A stretch of 64,000 bases of DNA from Candidatus Latescibacterota bacterium (GCA_965208835.1 OZ242358.1:3904001-3968000), one strand, 5' to 3'. Counted from the first letter of the stretch, positions 1 through 10,437 are shown. Notes: generated by a model from the letters alone, not told the origin. A program made the numbers and translations.

Positions 1-172
1 TACCGGTACTCATTATTTCCTCGCGAAGAAGCACCGCTTCAAGTACCCTGTGTCGATCGGTGATTTTCTCACTGTCTACGGCATCGACCAGCTCCTCGAG
101 AATTTCCCGCTTGTTCCGGCCCCTCAACCCGGAAATAACCGACCTGCCTGAAAGAATCTCCATCAGGGTCAT
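1..172 (-). CDS. PTS IIA domain protein (PtsN/fructose-type), N-terminal part; truncated by window edge
   Basis: Hand translation from ATG at 172 (GGAG upstream): MTLMEILSGRSVISGLRGRNKREILEELVDAVDSEKITDRHRVLEAVLLREEIMSTG. The K.E.L..L and RE...STG pattern is typical of EIIA_2. Not in the ORF track. Confidence 0.85.
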   Translation of the reverse strand, partial: MTLMEILSGRSVISGLRGRNKREILEELVDAVDSEKITDRHRVLEAVLLREEIMSTG

Positions 173-208
173 GAATGCGTCTCCCGCGAACACCCCGTAA
201 CCACCGCA

Positions 209-396
209 AGAAGCTTTCTTAAAATTACCGGTGAGTTCCCGAGCGCGAGCGAAAAAGTGGCGGTCAAGGCGGGAAAATCCGCCTATGAGAGGCGAGCAAG
301 CGCAGCCTCGATCTCGTAAGACGGGTGGGTTTGACCAACGCCGACCGCCGCTTTTGCAGCCGCGCGAAGACCGCTGGGAGTTTTAAGACAGCTTCT
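209..396. mobile_element. MITE-like repeat family A, long form (188 bp)
   Basis: Terminal inverted repeats AGAAGCTtTCTTAAAA...TTTTAAGACAGCTTCT. Near-identical inverted copy at 12081-12268. Confidence 0.85.
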
Positions 397-582
397 TAAT
401 ATCCGGCGCCTGTACAGCCAGACCCGGCGAAGCGAAAAATAACCCATAGCTTGTTCGTAGTCAAGGGAAAAGGCACAAAAAACAGGGGGATACGCCAATG
501 TCGGGACGGTTGACAAATGCCGGTGAAACCCTCGGCGCCAATGAACGTCCGAACATCGTCAGGCGCAGGCCCCGGGTATCGT

Positions 583-2376
583 CTATCCGGCGGTCCGGCC
601 TCGGATGAGGAGTTCTCTCTCGTAACTGCGCAGCAGGTCCGAGCGGGTGATGATCCCTTCCAGTTCTTCCCGGGAATCCGAACGAAATACCGGCAGCGTA
701 TCTGCATCCGTGTTTGAAAACTGAACAAGAGCGTCGGCCAGTGAATTTGAGGGCACCAGGGCGGGCGGTGGTTTTCCCATCACGTCTTCGGCGATCAGCA
801 GCGCATGCATATCATACTCAAGCATCACTTCCCGAATGTCATGAAACCAGATCATGCCCTTGAACCGGCCCCTGTCGTCGAGGAGCGGAAAGTCGTTGTG
901 GTTACTGCGGCCGATCAGGTCGACAATCTCGCGCAATGGGGTGTGTTCTCCGATAAAGTCGAATTCCGAGCGTACGATGCGCGAGACCGGTAGTTTTTCC
1001 AATACCGACAGATCCCGCCCCTGGTGTATATTCAAGCCCCTGCGCCGGAGCTTTAACGAATAGATGGACTCCCGTTCGATCACGCGCGCCACGACCACCG
1101 CCAGAACGGTCGTGAACATCAAGGGCAGAATGAGACGGTAGTTTCCAGTCATTTCAACGATAATCAGGGATGAAGTCAGCGGGGCGTGCGTCGTCGCTGC
1201 GACAAAGGCGCTCATGCCCACAACGGCGTATGCGCCGGGAGGGCTGATGACACCGGGCAACCAGCTTTGTGCGAGGCGGCCAAAAGCGCCGCCGAGCGTG
1301 GCGCCCATGAAAAGCGATGGCGCAAAAAGACCGCCCGATGCGCCCGAGCCCACGGTCAACGAAGTACTGAGCAGCTTCAACCCCAACAGAAGACCCAGCA
1401 TGGGCAGCAGAATCTGCCCTTGAAGAGCGTCGCCGACAATCTCGTAGCCAACGCCCATCGCAGGTGGACATCCGAGACCGATAAGCCCCACCAGCGCGCC
1501 GCCGATGGCCGGCTTCAGCCACGCAGGCATCCCGAACGCGCGCCGGTTGAACAGATCTTCGGTGGCATACAGCAGCCTGATGAAGAAAGCGCCGACGAAC
1601 CCCGCGAGAATGGCGAGGATAACGTACCATCCGAGCTCGTGGAGGTTTACAAACTGATAGTCCGGTACCTCGAATACCTGGCGCTCGCCCATATAGGCCT
1701 TGGCAACGACGGCCGACATAACCGAAGAGATGACCACCGGCGTGAATGCGGCAATCGTAAAGTCCGCCAGGATGATTTCCAGTGAAAAAAGCACACCTGC
1801 GATCGGCGCGTTGAAAATGGCCGAAATTCCGGCCGAAGCGCCGCAGGCAATCAACGTCTTCAGGTTTGCTTCGGAGAATCTGAACAGCCGGCCGACAGTG
1901 GAGCCCCAGGCGGCCCCGATCTGGATGATCGGCCCCTCGCTTCCGGCCGATCCGCCGGACCCGAGTGTAAAAGCTGAAGCAAACGCCTTGGCAACCATCA
2001 CCCGCGCGCGAATCACACCCCGGCGGGTAACGATCGCGTTCATAACTTCCGCAACGCCTGGGCCTCGCGCCTCCACCGCGTAGTAGCAAGCGATCAAGCC
2101 GGCGGCCAGACCGCCCATGGCAGGAATCAGGGGGAATAGATAGGGCTTGCCCAGAAGTTGCGGGGCGTCAACAAGCAGCAGCCTGTGCGCCAGGTCGAGC
2201 AGCCACTGAAACAGCACGGAACCCGCTCCGCAGCCGACTCCGATCAGAATGGCCAGACTGATGAGGATGGTCTGTTCACTGAGGTTTAACCGGGGGAAGA
2301 ACCGAACGATCCGGTTACGGAAGCGCTTTGCGGCATTGAGGGGTGTCGATATGGATGGCGAGGGATCAACATCCAC
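583..2376 (-). CDS. CLC-family chloride channel/H+ antiporter with C-terminal CBS pair
   Basis: GPGVAE, GSEGP and GGLFAP CLC motifs, many TM segments, CBS tail. Start moved to GTG 2376 (AAGGGA upstream) because the track start lies inside a repeat fragment. Confidence 0.92.
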   Translation of the reverse strand: MDVDPSPSISTPLNAAKRFRNRIVRFFPRLNLSEQTILISLAILIGVGCGAGSVLFQWLLDLAHRLLLVDAPQLLGKPYLFPLIPAMGGLAAGLIACYYAVEARGPGVAEVMNAIVTRRGVIRARVMVAKAFASAFTLGSGGSAGSEGPIIQIGAAWGSTVGRLFRFSEANLKTLIACGASAGISAIFNAPIAGVLFSLEIILADFTIAAFTPVVISSVMSAVVAKAYMGERQVFEVPDYQFVNLHELGWYVILAILAGFVGAFFIRLLYATEDLFNRRAFGMPAWLKPAIGGALVGLIGLGCPPAMGVGYEIVGDALQGQILLPMLGLLLGLKLLSTSLTVGSGASGGLFAPSLFMGATLGGAFGRLAQSWLPGVISPPGAYAVVGMSAFVAATTHAPLTSSLIIVEMTGNYRLILPLMFTTVLAVVVARVIERESIYSLKLRRRGLNIHQGRDLSVLEKLPVSRIVRSEFDFIGEHTPLREIVDLIGRSNHNDFPLLDDRGRFKGMIWFHDIREVMLEYDMHALLIAEDVMGKPPPALVPSNSLADALVQFSNTDADTLPVFRSDSREELEGIITRSDLLRSYERELLIRGRTAG

Positions 2377-2395
2377 CGTTAAATCCCTTTTCGAG

Positions 2396-2475
2396 CGATT
2401 CGGCGAGGGAGCGCAACGCAGTATTCCGACCACTGGGACCGGCCGTAGCCCTGATGGGCTTTGTCAACGGGCTGC
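2396..2475. mobile_element. Truncated copy of MITE-like family B
   Basis: Reverse complement matches the first ~80 bp of the element at 32922-33083, including the GCAGCCCGTTGA end. Confidence 0.75.
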
Positions 2476-2678
2476 CTGGCTGATTTCGACGCCTGAGTAT
2501 ACCTTCCGCCACCTGTACTGTCAAGCGGAAAGCGGATATTGCTGGGTACGCGAAAACTTGAAACATTTCGGCCGAATCGGCGTAAAACGGAGGAAATCTG
2601 CGCTCATCGGCCGGCAAACCGCCATGACCGGCGGTAAGTCACTCCGGCTCCGGCCCATTCGAAACCGAAAGGAAATCA

Positions 2679-5087
2679 ATGCGCCCTGTTGAACACCTGC
2701 CGACGTTTTTCGCCTGGACGTGCATCGCCCTTCTGTTGGCGCCATCCCCTGTCTTTCCGCTTTCACCCACAACCGCGGACTCCCTTTACGCACGTGGACA
2801 GTCCGCGGAACGCATGGACGACGTTCGCGAAGTCGTCTCCCGGCTTAACGCGGCACTGCCTTCCACGGTCCATCCTGCCGGCATGCGGATCCGCATTGGC
2901 AATCTCTACCTGCGGTTGCAGGAGGCGGACAGCGCGGAGGTCGCCTTCAACGCCGCCGTCGAGGAGGACAGTACTCTGGCGGGCGCCTATCTCGGCCTGG
3001 GCGAAGTCCTGCTTGAACACCGGAACAGACCCCGATCCGCCCTCGTCCAGCTGCAAAGAGCTGTCGACCTGGATTCCACGTATGCGGAAGCCCACTTCAT
3101 GATGGCTCGCGCTTACCTGCGATCCAGAAAGACCACGGCAGCGAGGCGAGCCGCGGACAAGAGTATTCAGGCGGAATCGAACTACGCGGCACCATACCTG
3201 TTTCTGGCTAAACTCTACCAACGTGAAAACAACAACCGGGCCGCCTTTACGTTCTATAAAGCATATCTCGAACAGCGCCCCGAAGACCAGTCCGCGGCCT
3301 ATGAATTCGCCGTTGAACTGCTCAAGGAGAAGGAACTCGACAGAGCACGTGAAATCGCCGAACGGCTCGGGGGGGCGCGCGGCCTGCCAATCGTCGCCCA
3401 GGCACTCATGGCCGACCGCGACTATGAAGGCGCGCTTGGGGCCTTTTCGGAGTATATCGACGGCCTGAACGCTGAGGAACAGGCGCTCTTCGAAGACATA
3501 TCGCTGGTAGGTCTTTCCCGCGAAGTGAGAGCCTATCGTACGACGACGCCGGAAACGCGCGAGGCGTTCCTTCGCAACTTCTGGCTCAGAAAAGACCCCT
3601 TCAAATCGTCGGCCGGCGCGATGCGTCGTGCCGAGCACTACCGCCGGGTCTGGTACGCCCGGACGTTTTTCGGAAAGAAGAAATTCCCGTATGACCGGCG
3701 GGGTGAGATTTACATTCGCTACGGCGAGCCGGATTTCCGATCCAGCTGGCGCGAACTGAATGCACAGATGCCACTGAAGGTCCAGCGCGTTCAGGAACGC
3801 ATGGCCCACCAGCTTTACGGAAACAAGGCCCTGGCCCTGACGTTCGTGGGTCCCGTCTACCCCATTCGCTCCGCCCAGGCCTCGGAAAACACGTGGCGAA
3901 ACTCGGAGGTCCGCGCAACCTCGCAGCCGATTCAGACGATCGACGAAGCCGCTATCGGCCTCGAACGCTACAAACCCATTACCTCCAGCGGCGACTGGTC
4001 GGCCGTACCCTGGGCGGTCTGGATCTACGCAGATATCGACGGCGGCATTGAAATCGCACTCACGGACGAGTTCAACACGGGCAACTTCGACTACGCGCCG
4101 GAACCCGTCCTGGGCCCGGAAGATATCAATGAATACAATATGCAAAGCCGGGGAGGCCCATTCCGCAACATGGTCAACCGGCTGAACACCCTGTCTCCCG
4201 CGGCGCGGATGACAAGGGTTGCGAGCAAGGAACCCGAACGATATGCCTTCGAAGCGCTGGAACCGCTGGACTATTATTATGAATCCCTTTCCTTTCGCGG
4301 AATCGACGGCAAAACCGAACTGCAACTCAACATCGGCCTGCCGATCGACAATGTAGCGAGGCCCGATGACATCGACACGACCATCGTCGTCAATCGCCGC
4401 GTCGCGCTTGTAGACAGCCGCAAGGGCCGACTTCACAAACGCAGCGACGACCTCGCCGTGCCGGTTACGGACGCCAACCTGGGACGGAGCCTGCTGGCGC
4501 TGGACCGCGTGGACATTGCCGCCGCGCCGGGTGTATATCAGCTCGCGGTGGAGGCCTGGCGAAAAAAAACGGACATGCTCCAGGTCTATCAGCAGACACT
4601 GGAACTGCCCGACTATCGCGGCGGCGAACTCATGATGAGCGACATCCAGATCGCCCAGAACGTCGAGGAAGCCCGCGAAGGATCCAATTCCAAGTTCGTT
4701 CGTAAAGGCTGGGACATTCTTCCGGCGCCGTCCCGCACATTTCACGTGGGCAGATCCGTCTTCGTCTACTTCGAAGTCTACAACCTGGAAAGAGACGCCT
4801 TCGGGAACACGCGTTACGAAGTGACGTTCGAGGTCATCTCAAAGTCCACAAGCGACAAATCTCCGAGGACGTTCCTGCCCAGAATCCGTAAAGACGGTGA
4901 ATCCATCGAAGTCCGGTACGAGCAGGTGGGTACGGAAACATCGGTCTCGGACTTTGTCGAGCTGGACCTGGGACAGGCGGACCCGGGTCGCTATTCGCTT
5001 CACATGACGGTCAAGGACCTCAATGGAGACCGTAACATTAAGCGGGACAGCATTTTCCGGATAGCGGCGCGCCCGCGCCGGCGATAG
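2679..5087 (+). CDS. Secreted TPR + GWxTD-type domain protein
   Basis: Signal peptide, TPRs, FW...DP, EHYRRV.YA and D.RGEIYIRYGEPD motifs, and a C-terminal VYFEVYNL beta domain. Confidence 0.8.
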   Translation: MRPVEHLPTFFAWTCIALLLAPSPVFPLSPTTADSLYARGQSAERMDDVREVVSRLNAALPSTVHPAGMRIRIGNLYLRLQEADSAEVAFNAAVEEDSTLAGAYLGLGEVLLEHRNRPRSALVQLQRAVDLDSTYAEAHFMMARAYLRSRKTTAARRAADKSIQAESNYAAPYLFLAKLYQRENNNRAAFTFYKAYLEQRPEDQSAAYEFAVELLKEKELDRAREIAERLGGARGLPIVAQALMADRDYEGALGAFSEYIDGLNAEEQALFEDISLVGLSREVRAYRTTTPETREAFLRNFWLRKDPFKSSAGAMRRAEHYRRVWYARTFFGKKKFPYDRRGEIYIRYGEPDFRSSWRELNAQMPLKVQRVQERMAHQLYGNKALALTFVGPVYPIRSAQASENTWRNSEVRATSQPIQTIDEAAIGLERYKPITSSGDWSAVPWAVWIYADIDGGIEIALTDEFNTGNFDYAPEPVLGPEDINEYNMQSRGGPFRNMVNRLNTLSPAARMTRVASKEPERYAFEALEPLDYYYESLSFRGIDGKTELQLNIGLPIDNVARPDDIDTTIVVNRRVALVDSRKGRLHKRSDDLAVPVTDANLGRSLLALDRVDIAAAPGVYQLAVEAWRKKTDMLQVYQQTLELPDYRGGELMMSDIQIAQNVEEAREGSNSKFVRKGWDILPAPSRTFHVGRSVFVYFEVYNLERDAFGNTRYEVTFEVISKSTSDKSPRTFLPRIRKDGESIEVRYEQVGTETSVSDFVELDLGQADPGRYSLHMTVKDLNGDRNIKRDSIFRIAARPRRR

Positions 5088-5214
5088 AGGCACAGCGCGA
5101 AAAGCCGCACCCGAGCGGATGCAGGCAGGCGTCTTTGCGCTTCCCGCCTTCATTCACGACGCCTGGAGTCAGATCGTCTCTATCGAGCGCCATCCGATTC
5201 CACGATCCGACCAA

Positions 5215-5763
5215 TCACCCGACTCGCATCACCAGAGTGCCGGACACCCGATCGTGCAGCGCCTGCCGGTCCGGATGACGGCGCGTGATCCAGACGAGCG
5301 CAAGGCCGAGCAGAGAGCCGGAGTAGAGAACGACCGACCAGAGATGAAGGCCTCTTGCATCGAAGTCCGGTGGCGGCGTGAGGACGCGTCCGGCACCCAA
5401 TGCCACCTGATGGGGTTCCGCATACGGGTTCAGCACAGACAGGACGATCAGGATCGCGAAAGCAGGCGTCCACTTCACTGTGGAACGGACGAATGCCCGG
5501 GCCCGCCCGATCGCGCCACCATCCACGGAGATGACCCTCAGACTCGTCATAATCTTTCCCGGCGTCTGTCCCCTGCGCGCAAGGAAAATGGTACAGTAAA
5601 CCAGCGTGATCCCGTATTCCAGAACCAGCGCCGCTATCGGCGAGGGCGTGACCTCTCTCAGAATCCGGGAAAGCGGCAGATCCAGCAGCTTCAACATCAG
5701 CATGTCAATGACCACCGCGAGAAGCCGCCGTCCAAGCCCGGCCATTTCATCCTGCATCAGCAT
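5215..5763 (-). CDS. RDD family membrane protein
   Basis: RRLLA..ID, GQTPGK and QALHDRVSGTLV motifs. Confidence 0.88.
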   Translation of the reverse strand: MLMQDEMAGLGRRLLAVVIDMLMLKLLDLPLSRILREVTPSPIAALVLEYGITLVYCTIFLARRGQTPGKIMTSLRVISVDGGAIGRARAFVRSTVKWTPAFAILIVLSVLNPYAEPHQVALGAGRVLTPPPDFDARGLHLWSVVLYSGSLLGLALVWITRRHPDRQALHDRVSGTLVMRVG

Positions 5764-6187
5764 CGTGTTGAATCCCCGCCTCCGATCGCGGCGCGTGAAG
5801 CGCGATCGGCAGAAATTCCCTGAACCGCAGAAAATCGTCGTCTGTAGTCAGGACCGGCATCTCGTACCTGTGTGATACCGCGCAAATCAGGAAGTCCGTA
5901 TTCGATCCCTGAACGCCCCGGCTTCGACTCAGATTGAAAAATTCGGCTGCGCATTCATAGTCAGCGGACTTGAGCGGGAGGTCCGGAAACGCCCGTAAGC
6001 GACTTCGAAGTCCTTCGAATTGAACTTGCGAACGAATTCCGCAGAGAATCTCCTGGCGGACAGGTCCGATCAGTTGTACACGTACCTCCCTGACAAGCTC
6101 AGCCAGTTCCTCGACGACAGGATGTTCGGAAACGACTTTGCGTCTCAGTGACAAGGACCAGACGCTGGTGTCCACCATAACCTTCAT
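5747..6187 (-). CDS. vapC: PIN-domain toxin VapC
   Basis: VDTSVW, QEIL.G, DFLICA and TTDDDF acidic PIN motifs. 4-bp overlap with the antitoxin. Confidence 0.9.
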   Translation of the reverse strand: MKVMVDTSVWSLSLRRKVVSEHPVVEELAELVREVRVQLIGPVRQEILCGIRSQVQFEGLRSRLRAFPDLPLKSADYECAAEFFNLSRSRGVQGSNTDFLICAVSHRYEMPVLTTDDDFLRFREFLPIALHAPRSEAGIQHDADAG

Positions 6188-6384
6188 TTCCGATTCCGCT
6201 GTATCTTGTACTCGAAGTCCGGATCGTAGTCGACCGTATTGAACAGATCCAGTATCTGGAGCTGTCTGCGGCGCTGGACATACTCTTCGAGGGCCTCGTT
6301 GACAACAGCCCTTTTTGTTCTGTGCCCGCTGACCCGGCGGGCTTCCTCGATCAACGCGTCGTCAAGCGCAAGATTTGTCGCCAT
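6184..6384 (-). CDS. vapB: VapB-family antitoxin (RHH)
   Basis: MATNLALDDALIEEA...TKRAVVNEALEEY; lies directly upstream of the PIN toxin. Confidence 0.9.
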   Translation of the reverse strand: MATNLALDDALIEEARRVSGHRTKRAVVNEALEEYVQRRRQLQILDLFNTVDYDPDFEYKIQRNRK

Positions 6385-6410
6385 TATACACCTCCGTCTT
6401 TACACGTCAA

Positions 6411-6432
6411 TCTACACAATACTATGTGTAGA
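6411..6432. promoter_or_regulatory. Palindromic operator of vapBC
   Basis: Perfect inverted repeat TCTACACA-N6-TGTGTAGA ~27 bp upstream of vapB. TA autoregulation through such palindromes is established. Confidence 0.7.
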
Positions 6433-6525
6433 ACCAAGCAGAAAATTCAGAGTCCAAGGACATTCCTGCCTCGAACGGACGATTTACGGCGCAGCTTTAT
6501 TGTGCTATCGGAGGAGGTTTAAACC

Positions 6526-7563
6526 GTGAGACTCCTGCAATTCCGCGATCCATCCGCCCCGAAACCCGCGCGTCTCGGGCTGGTCGAGAACGACACGGTA
6601 CTGGACCTCACGGCGTGCGAGCCCTGCCCCGAATCGGTCTACGATCTCTACTTCATACACGGAGGCGACAGCGTCGGGCTGGAAGGGGCAATCGCGCGCA
6701 TCGACACGGCGGGAGCGCCCGCCTACCGCCTGTCTGATCTGATGGACAGCGAACCCTGCGCCGATCGGCCCCACCTGACCGCGCCGGTAACGCCGCCGCC
6801 CGGTCAACCCCACCGGTTGCGGGTCTGGCTGGCGGGCGTGACCCACGCGGACAGCGCCAGGCTTCGCGAAACTGAAGCTAGAGAAGCTACAGGAGGCGCC
6901 GTAAACGTATACGATCAGAAATACAGGGAATGCGCGCAAGGCGGCATACCCGAACTCTTCGCGAAGAACGACGCGGACGCGTTGGCGGGACATCGCGGGC
7001 TCGTCTCCCGCCCTGACGATACCCGGCGCCTCGTTCCCGAAACCGAACTCGTCACGCTTTACGGACTGAACGCCCGCGGCCAGATCGAACGACTGGGCTT
7101 TACGGGCGGCAATGACTATACCGACAACGGTATTGAAGCCGAAAACCCGCTGAATCTTCCCCAGGCCAAGAACTGGCACGGCGGTTGCGCCAGCCTGGGG
7201 CCGGTTCTGGTCACGGATTCCGAATTCGACGACGCCAGCGTCGCCGTATCCTGCGAAATCCTGCGAGAGAACAAGCGAATCGCCCGAAAAACCGGACGCA
7301 CCGGACAAAGCCATCTCAATATGCCGGACCGGCTCTTCCACCTTGAGCGGTCTCTTTTCGGTCGACTCCCCCTGGGCGAAAAGTCCCTGCAACTGTTATA
7401 CTGGGGTACGCCCATCGTCTTTTCCGAAGCCGATCTGCCCAGCGGCCTCCAGGTTAACGACACCGTCCGGATGTCGTTCGGCGGTATCGGCGACCTGCAG
7501 AATTCGATCGGTCCTTTCACCAGAAACCGCCAATTGGCCTGGCTGGAAGCCAATCGGCGGTAA
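6526..7563 (+). CDS. Fumarylacetoacetate hydrolase family protein (2-keto-3-deoxy-sugar-acid dehydratase-like)
   Basis: VWLAGVT, PELFAK, PETEL and GND...IEAENPLNLPQAK motifs. GGAGG RBS before GTG. Confidence 0.75.
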   Translation: MRLLQFRDPSAPKPARLGLVENDTVLDLTACEPCPESVYDLYFIHGGDSVGLEGAIARIDTAGAPAYRLSDLMDSEPCADRPHLTAPVTPPPGQPHRLRVWLAGVTHADSARLRETEAREATGGAVNVYDQKYRECAQGGIPELFAKNDADALAGHRGLVSRPDDTRRLVPETELVTLYGLNARGQIERLGFTGGNDYTDNGIEAENPLNLPQAKNWHGGCASLGPVLVTDSEFDDASVAVSCEILRENKRIARKTGRTGQSHLNMPDRLFHLERSLFGRLPLGEKSLQLLYWGTPIVFSEADLPSGLQVNDTVRMSFGGIGDLQNSIGPFTRNRQLAWLEANRR

Positions 7564-7647
7564 CCGTCCGGTGGAAGAGTCGCTCTGAAGGCGAGATGTG
7601 GTGTCCCATGCCAAAAATACGTACCCCCGTGACGCGGGGGTTAGCAC

Positions 7648-7959
7648 CTACAAGACCCGATCGTGCCCCCACGGATCCTGTTTGACGATCTCGAATTCCT
7701 TGACCGGACTCCGGCCGCGGGGCGCGTCGTGCAACGTGGACGGATTGTAGGAGGCCCCTGCCAGCTTCAGCAGCGATTCCAGCTGGGGCTGGCCCAGCGT
7801 CAACCCCTCCAGAAACATCTCCTCGCCATTGATGTCCTTCACGGTGGTGCCTTCCGGCCCAACGAAAACCCTTCGCAACGCCCGCATGACCGCACGGTAT
7901 TCCCGGAAATACGCAAGCGCTCGGTCGGGGTCCCCGCCGTCGTATTTCAGTTCAGGCAT
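7648..7959 (-). CDS. Hypothetical protein (~103 aa)
   Basis: GGAGG RBS before ATG 7959 (MPELKYDGG...), protein-like composition, no family recognised. Confidence 0.6.
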   Translation of the reverse strand: MPELKYDGGDPDRALAYFREYRAVMRALRRVFVGPEGTTVKDINGEEMFLEGLTLGQPQLESLLKLAGASYNPSTLHDAPRGRSPVKEFEIVKQDPWGHDRVL

Positions 7960-8123
7960 CGATAGCCTCCGCGTTTCGTGCGTGCCTGTTACGTCCGCAA
8001 TAACCGTTTGATTCAAGACAAATATGGAAGTCCACCGCAAATCGGACAAGTGGATTCAACAGCCGCCACCGTCAGGCGGCATTTGTCTTTTGTAGACCTG
8101 TCAATGACCACATCAAACAACGC

Positions 8124-8152
8124 TTGCAGTTAATATGCGATTAGGTTATAAT
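8124..8152 (+). promoter_or_regulatory. Sigma-70-type promoter of the PFOR genes
   Basis: TTGCAG-N17-TATAAT in an AT-rich intergenic island. Confidence 0.65.
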
Positions 8153-8291
8153 TTTGCTAAATTGTACCCTATAATTTAGTATTTCTAATTTCACATATTA
8201 CCCAACATGCATCGGTCCCGGTCTTGGATCGGGCTGGCGGACCGGCGTCAGGTTCCACGACGTCGTGTGCATATTGTAAAGGAGAACCGTC

Positions 8292-10313
8292 ATGGCGGAA
8301 AGCGCCAGAATACAGATTGACGGACGGCCAGGTGAATTTCCGTTTCCAGGCACCCCCGACGTGGGCGACGGAGGCGATGCCGCAATCTGGGTCGAAAAAC
8401 ACATCAGCCAGGGCGCCTGCGCCTACCCCATCACGTCTTCCTCCATTCTGGGAGAGAAATACAGCGCGGTGGTGTCCAACGGCGGCGTCAACCTCTGGGG
8501 CGACACCCTGATCTTCATCGAACCCGAGTCCGAACACAGTTCGGCTTCAGCGGCCGAAGGCTTTTCGGTGGCCGGCGGCCGGGTCACCAACTTCACCTCC
8601 GGCCAGGGCCTCGTTCTGATGAAGGAGGTGCTGTACACAATCTCGGGCAAACGTCTTCCGGCGGTCTTCCACATCGGCGCGCGCGCGTTGACCTCCCAAT
8701 CGCTCAATGTACACGCGGGCCACGATGACATCATGGCCGTTGCAGACTGTGGATGGGGCATCGTATTCGCCCGGAACACGCAGGAAGTCATGGACACCAC
8801 GCTCATCGCGCGCCGTGCCGCGGAAGCTTCCCAGACACCGTTCATGGTTGTGCAGGATGGATTCCTCACAACCCATACGGTGCAGAACGTCATGGCCATA
8901 GAGCCTGAACTCATGAAGCTTTTTGTCGGACGCCCGGAAGACAAGATTCAGAATCTGATGGATGTCGACAATCCGATGATGAGCGGCGTTGTTCAGAACC
9001 AGGACAGCTATATGAAGGGCAAGATCGCCCAGCGGTACTTCTACGATCGCGTTCCGGACGACCTGCAGGAAGCCATGCAGGAATTCTACAGGATGACCGG
9101 AAGGCGCTACGACATGATCGACGGATATCGGCTCGAAGACGCCGAGTACATCATCGTGGGTATGGGCAGCATGCTCGAGACCGCCCTCACCGCCGTCGAC
9201 TGGCTGCGGGAGACCGAAAACCTGAAAGTGGGCGCCCTTCACGTCACGTCGTTCCGCCCGTTCCCGGGCGTTGAGATCGTGGAGGCCCTGAAGAACGCAA
9301 AGGTCGTTTCCGTCGTGGAACGCATGGACAACCCCCTTGCGCAGTCCAATCCGCTTACCGCCGAAATCAAGTCTGCCTTCGTCGATGCCGCCTGCGGCTC
9401 GAACGGTTATCCGAGGATCGAACGCATCCCCAAGATTCTATCGGGGATGGCCGGCCTGGGAAGCCGCGACGTCCGGCCGGGCGACTTCATTGCCGCGGTC
9501 AGAAATATGCAGGCGGCGGCACCCCGGCGGAAGGAGCTCTTCGTCCTCAATATCGAACACGAACTGGCCCTTCAGAGGCAGCCCGATCCGGGAACACGGG
9601 AAGTCGGGGCCTTCGCGATGCGCGGGCACTCGATCGGCGGATACGGATCCGTTACGACAAATAAGGTTATCGCCACATTGTTGGCGAACCTGGGACTTCA
9701 CGTACAGGCCTACCCGAAATACGGATCGGAAAAGAAGGGTCTGCCCACCACCTATTACCTCACCGCAGCCAACGAACACATCCGGACCCACTCCGAACTG
9801 GAAGTCGTGGACTTTGTGCCGCTCAACGACGTCAACGCCTTCAATACCGCCAATCCGCTTGCCGGCGTTGTCGACGGCGGTATGGTCTTCATCCAGAGCC
9901 CCCATGCGGAGGCTGAGAAGGTATGGGACAATGTTCCCGGATGGGCCAAAAAGACATTCCGCACCAGAAACATCAAACCTCTTGGCCTGGATGCCGTCAA
10001 AATTGCCCTGGAAGAAGCACCGTCGCCGGATCTGATGCAACGTTTCCAGGGCATTGTTCTTCTGGGGATCTTCCTGAAACACACGCCCTTTCAGAAAGAC
10101 CTGAATCTCACGGAAGACGAGCTGTTCGTGAACGTGGAAAATGCGGTCAACAAATACTGGGGCAGCAAGGGCAAGGGCGTCGTTGACGCCAACATGAACG
10201 CGATCATGAGAGGTTACCGGGAAGTCTTCGAAGTCCCGCGGGAACTGATCGAAAGCACAATCGATCAGGAAACGGACGCACTTCCGGCCGGTTTGGTCTC
10301 GATCGGATGCTGA
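8292..10313 (+). CDS. Pyruvate:ferredoxin oxidoreductase, N-terminal subunit (domains I-III)
   Basis: AYPIT, ESEHS, FTSGQGL, GHDD, DGFLTTH and FRPFP motifs, plus a gamma-like domain (GGYG, YGSEKKG). Confidence 0.9.
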   Translation: MAESARIQIDGRPGEFPFPGTPDVGDGGDAAIWVEKHISQGACAYPITSSSILGEKYSAVVSNGGVNLWGDTLIFIEPESEHSSASAAEGFSVAGGRVTNFTSGQGLVLMKEVLYTISGKRLPAVFHIGARALTSQSLNVHAGHDDIMAVADCGWGIVFARNTQEVMDTTLIARRAAEASQTPFMVVQDGFLTTHTVQNVMAIEPELMKLFVGRPEDKIQNLMDVDNPMMSGVVQNQDSYMKGKIAQRYFYDRVPDDLQEAMQEFYRMTGRRYDMIDGYRLEDAEYIIVGMGSMLETALTAVDWLRETENLKVGALHVTSFRPFPGVEIVEALKNAKVVSVVERMDNPLAQSNPLTAEIKSAFVDAACGSNGYPRIERIPKILSGMAGLGSRDVRPGDFIAAVRNMQAAAPRRKELFVLNIEHELALQRQPDPGTREVGAFAMRGHSIGGYGSVTTNKVIATLLANLGLHVQAYPKYGSEKKGLPTTYYLTAANEHIRTHSELEVVDFVPLNDVNAFNTANPLAGVVDGGMVFIQSPHAEAEKVWDNVPGWAKKTFRTRNIKPLGLDAVKIALEEAPSPDLMQRFQGIVLLGIFLKHTPFQKDLNLTEDELFVNVENAVNKYWGSKGKGVVDANMNAIMRGYREVFEVPRELIESTIDQETDALPAGLVSIGC

Positions 10314-10437
10314 CCGGTCGTGTCCGTCCCGCTCACAGCGTGATTCCGGTCGCGTGACGATATGACGTCGATAGAAACATAAACCGTAAAGATCCGGCCG
10401 ATTGAGGTCGTTCAAGCCGGATCGGGAGTAAATTACC

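Noticed and set aside
283-516. Short ORFs with recurring peptides (CLKIPSGLRAAA, CFKITGEFPSASEK)
   Set aside because: Translations of MITE family A, not a protein family.
2763-4745. Long antisense ORFs (also 12511-14724, 26257-27717, 34603-36273 and others)
   Set aside because: Shadows of well-supported genes in GC-rich DNA; no motifs or RBS.
8090-8116. Possible FNR box upstream of PFOR
   Set aside because: Only an ATCAA half-site; spacing and left half do not fit TTGAT-N4-ATCAA.
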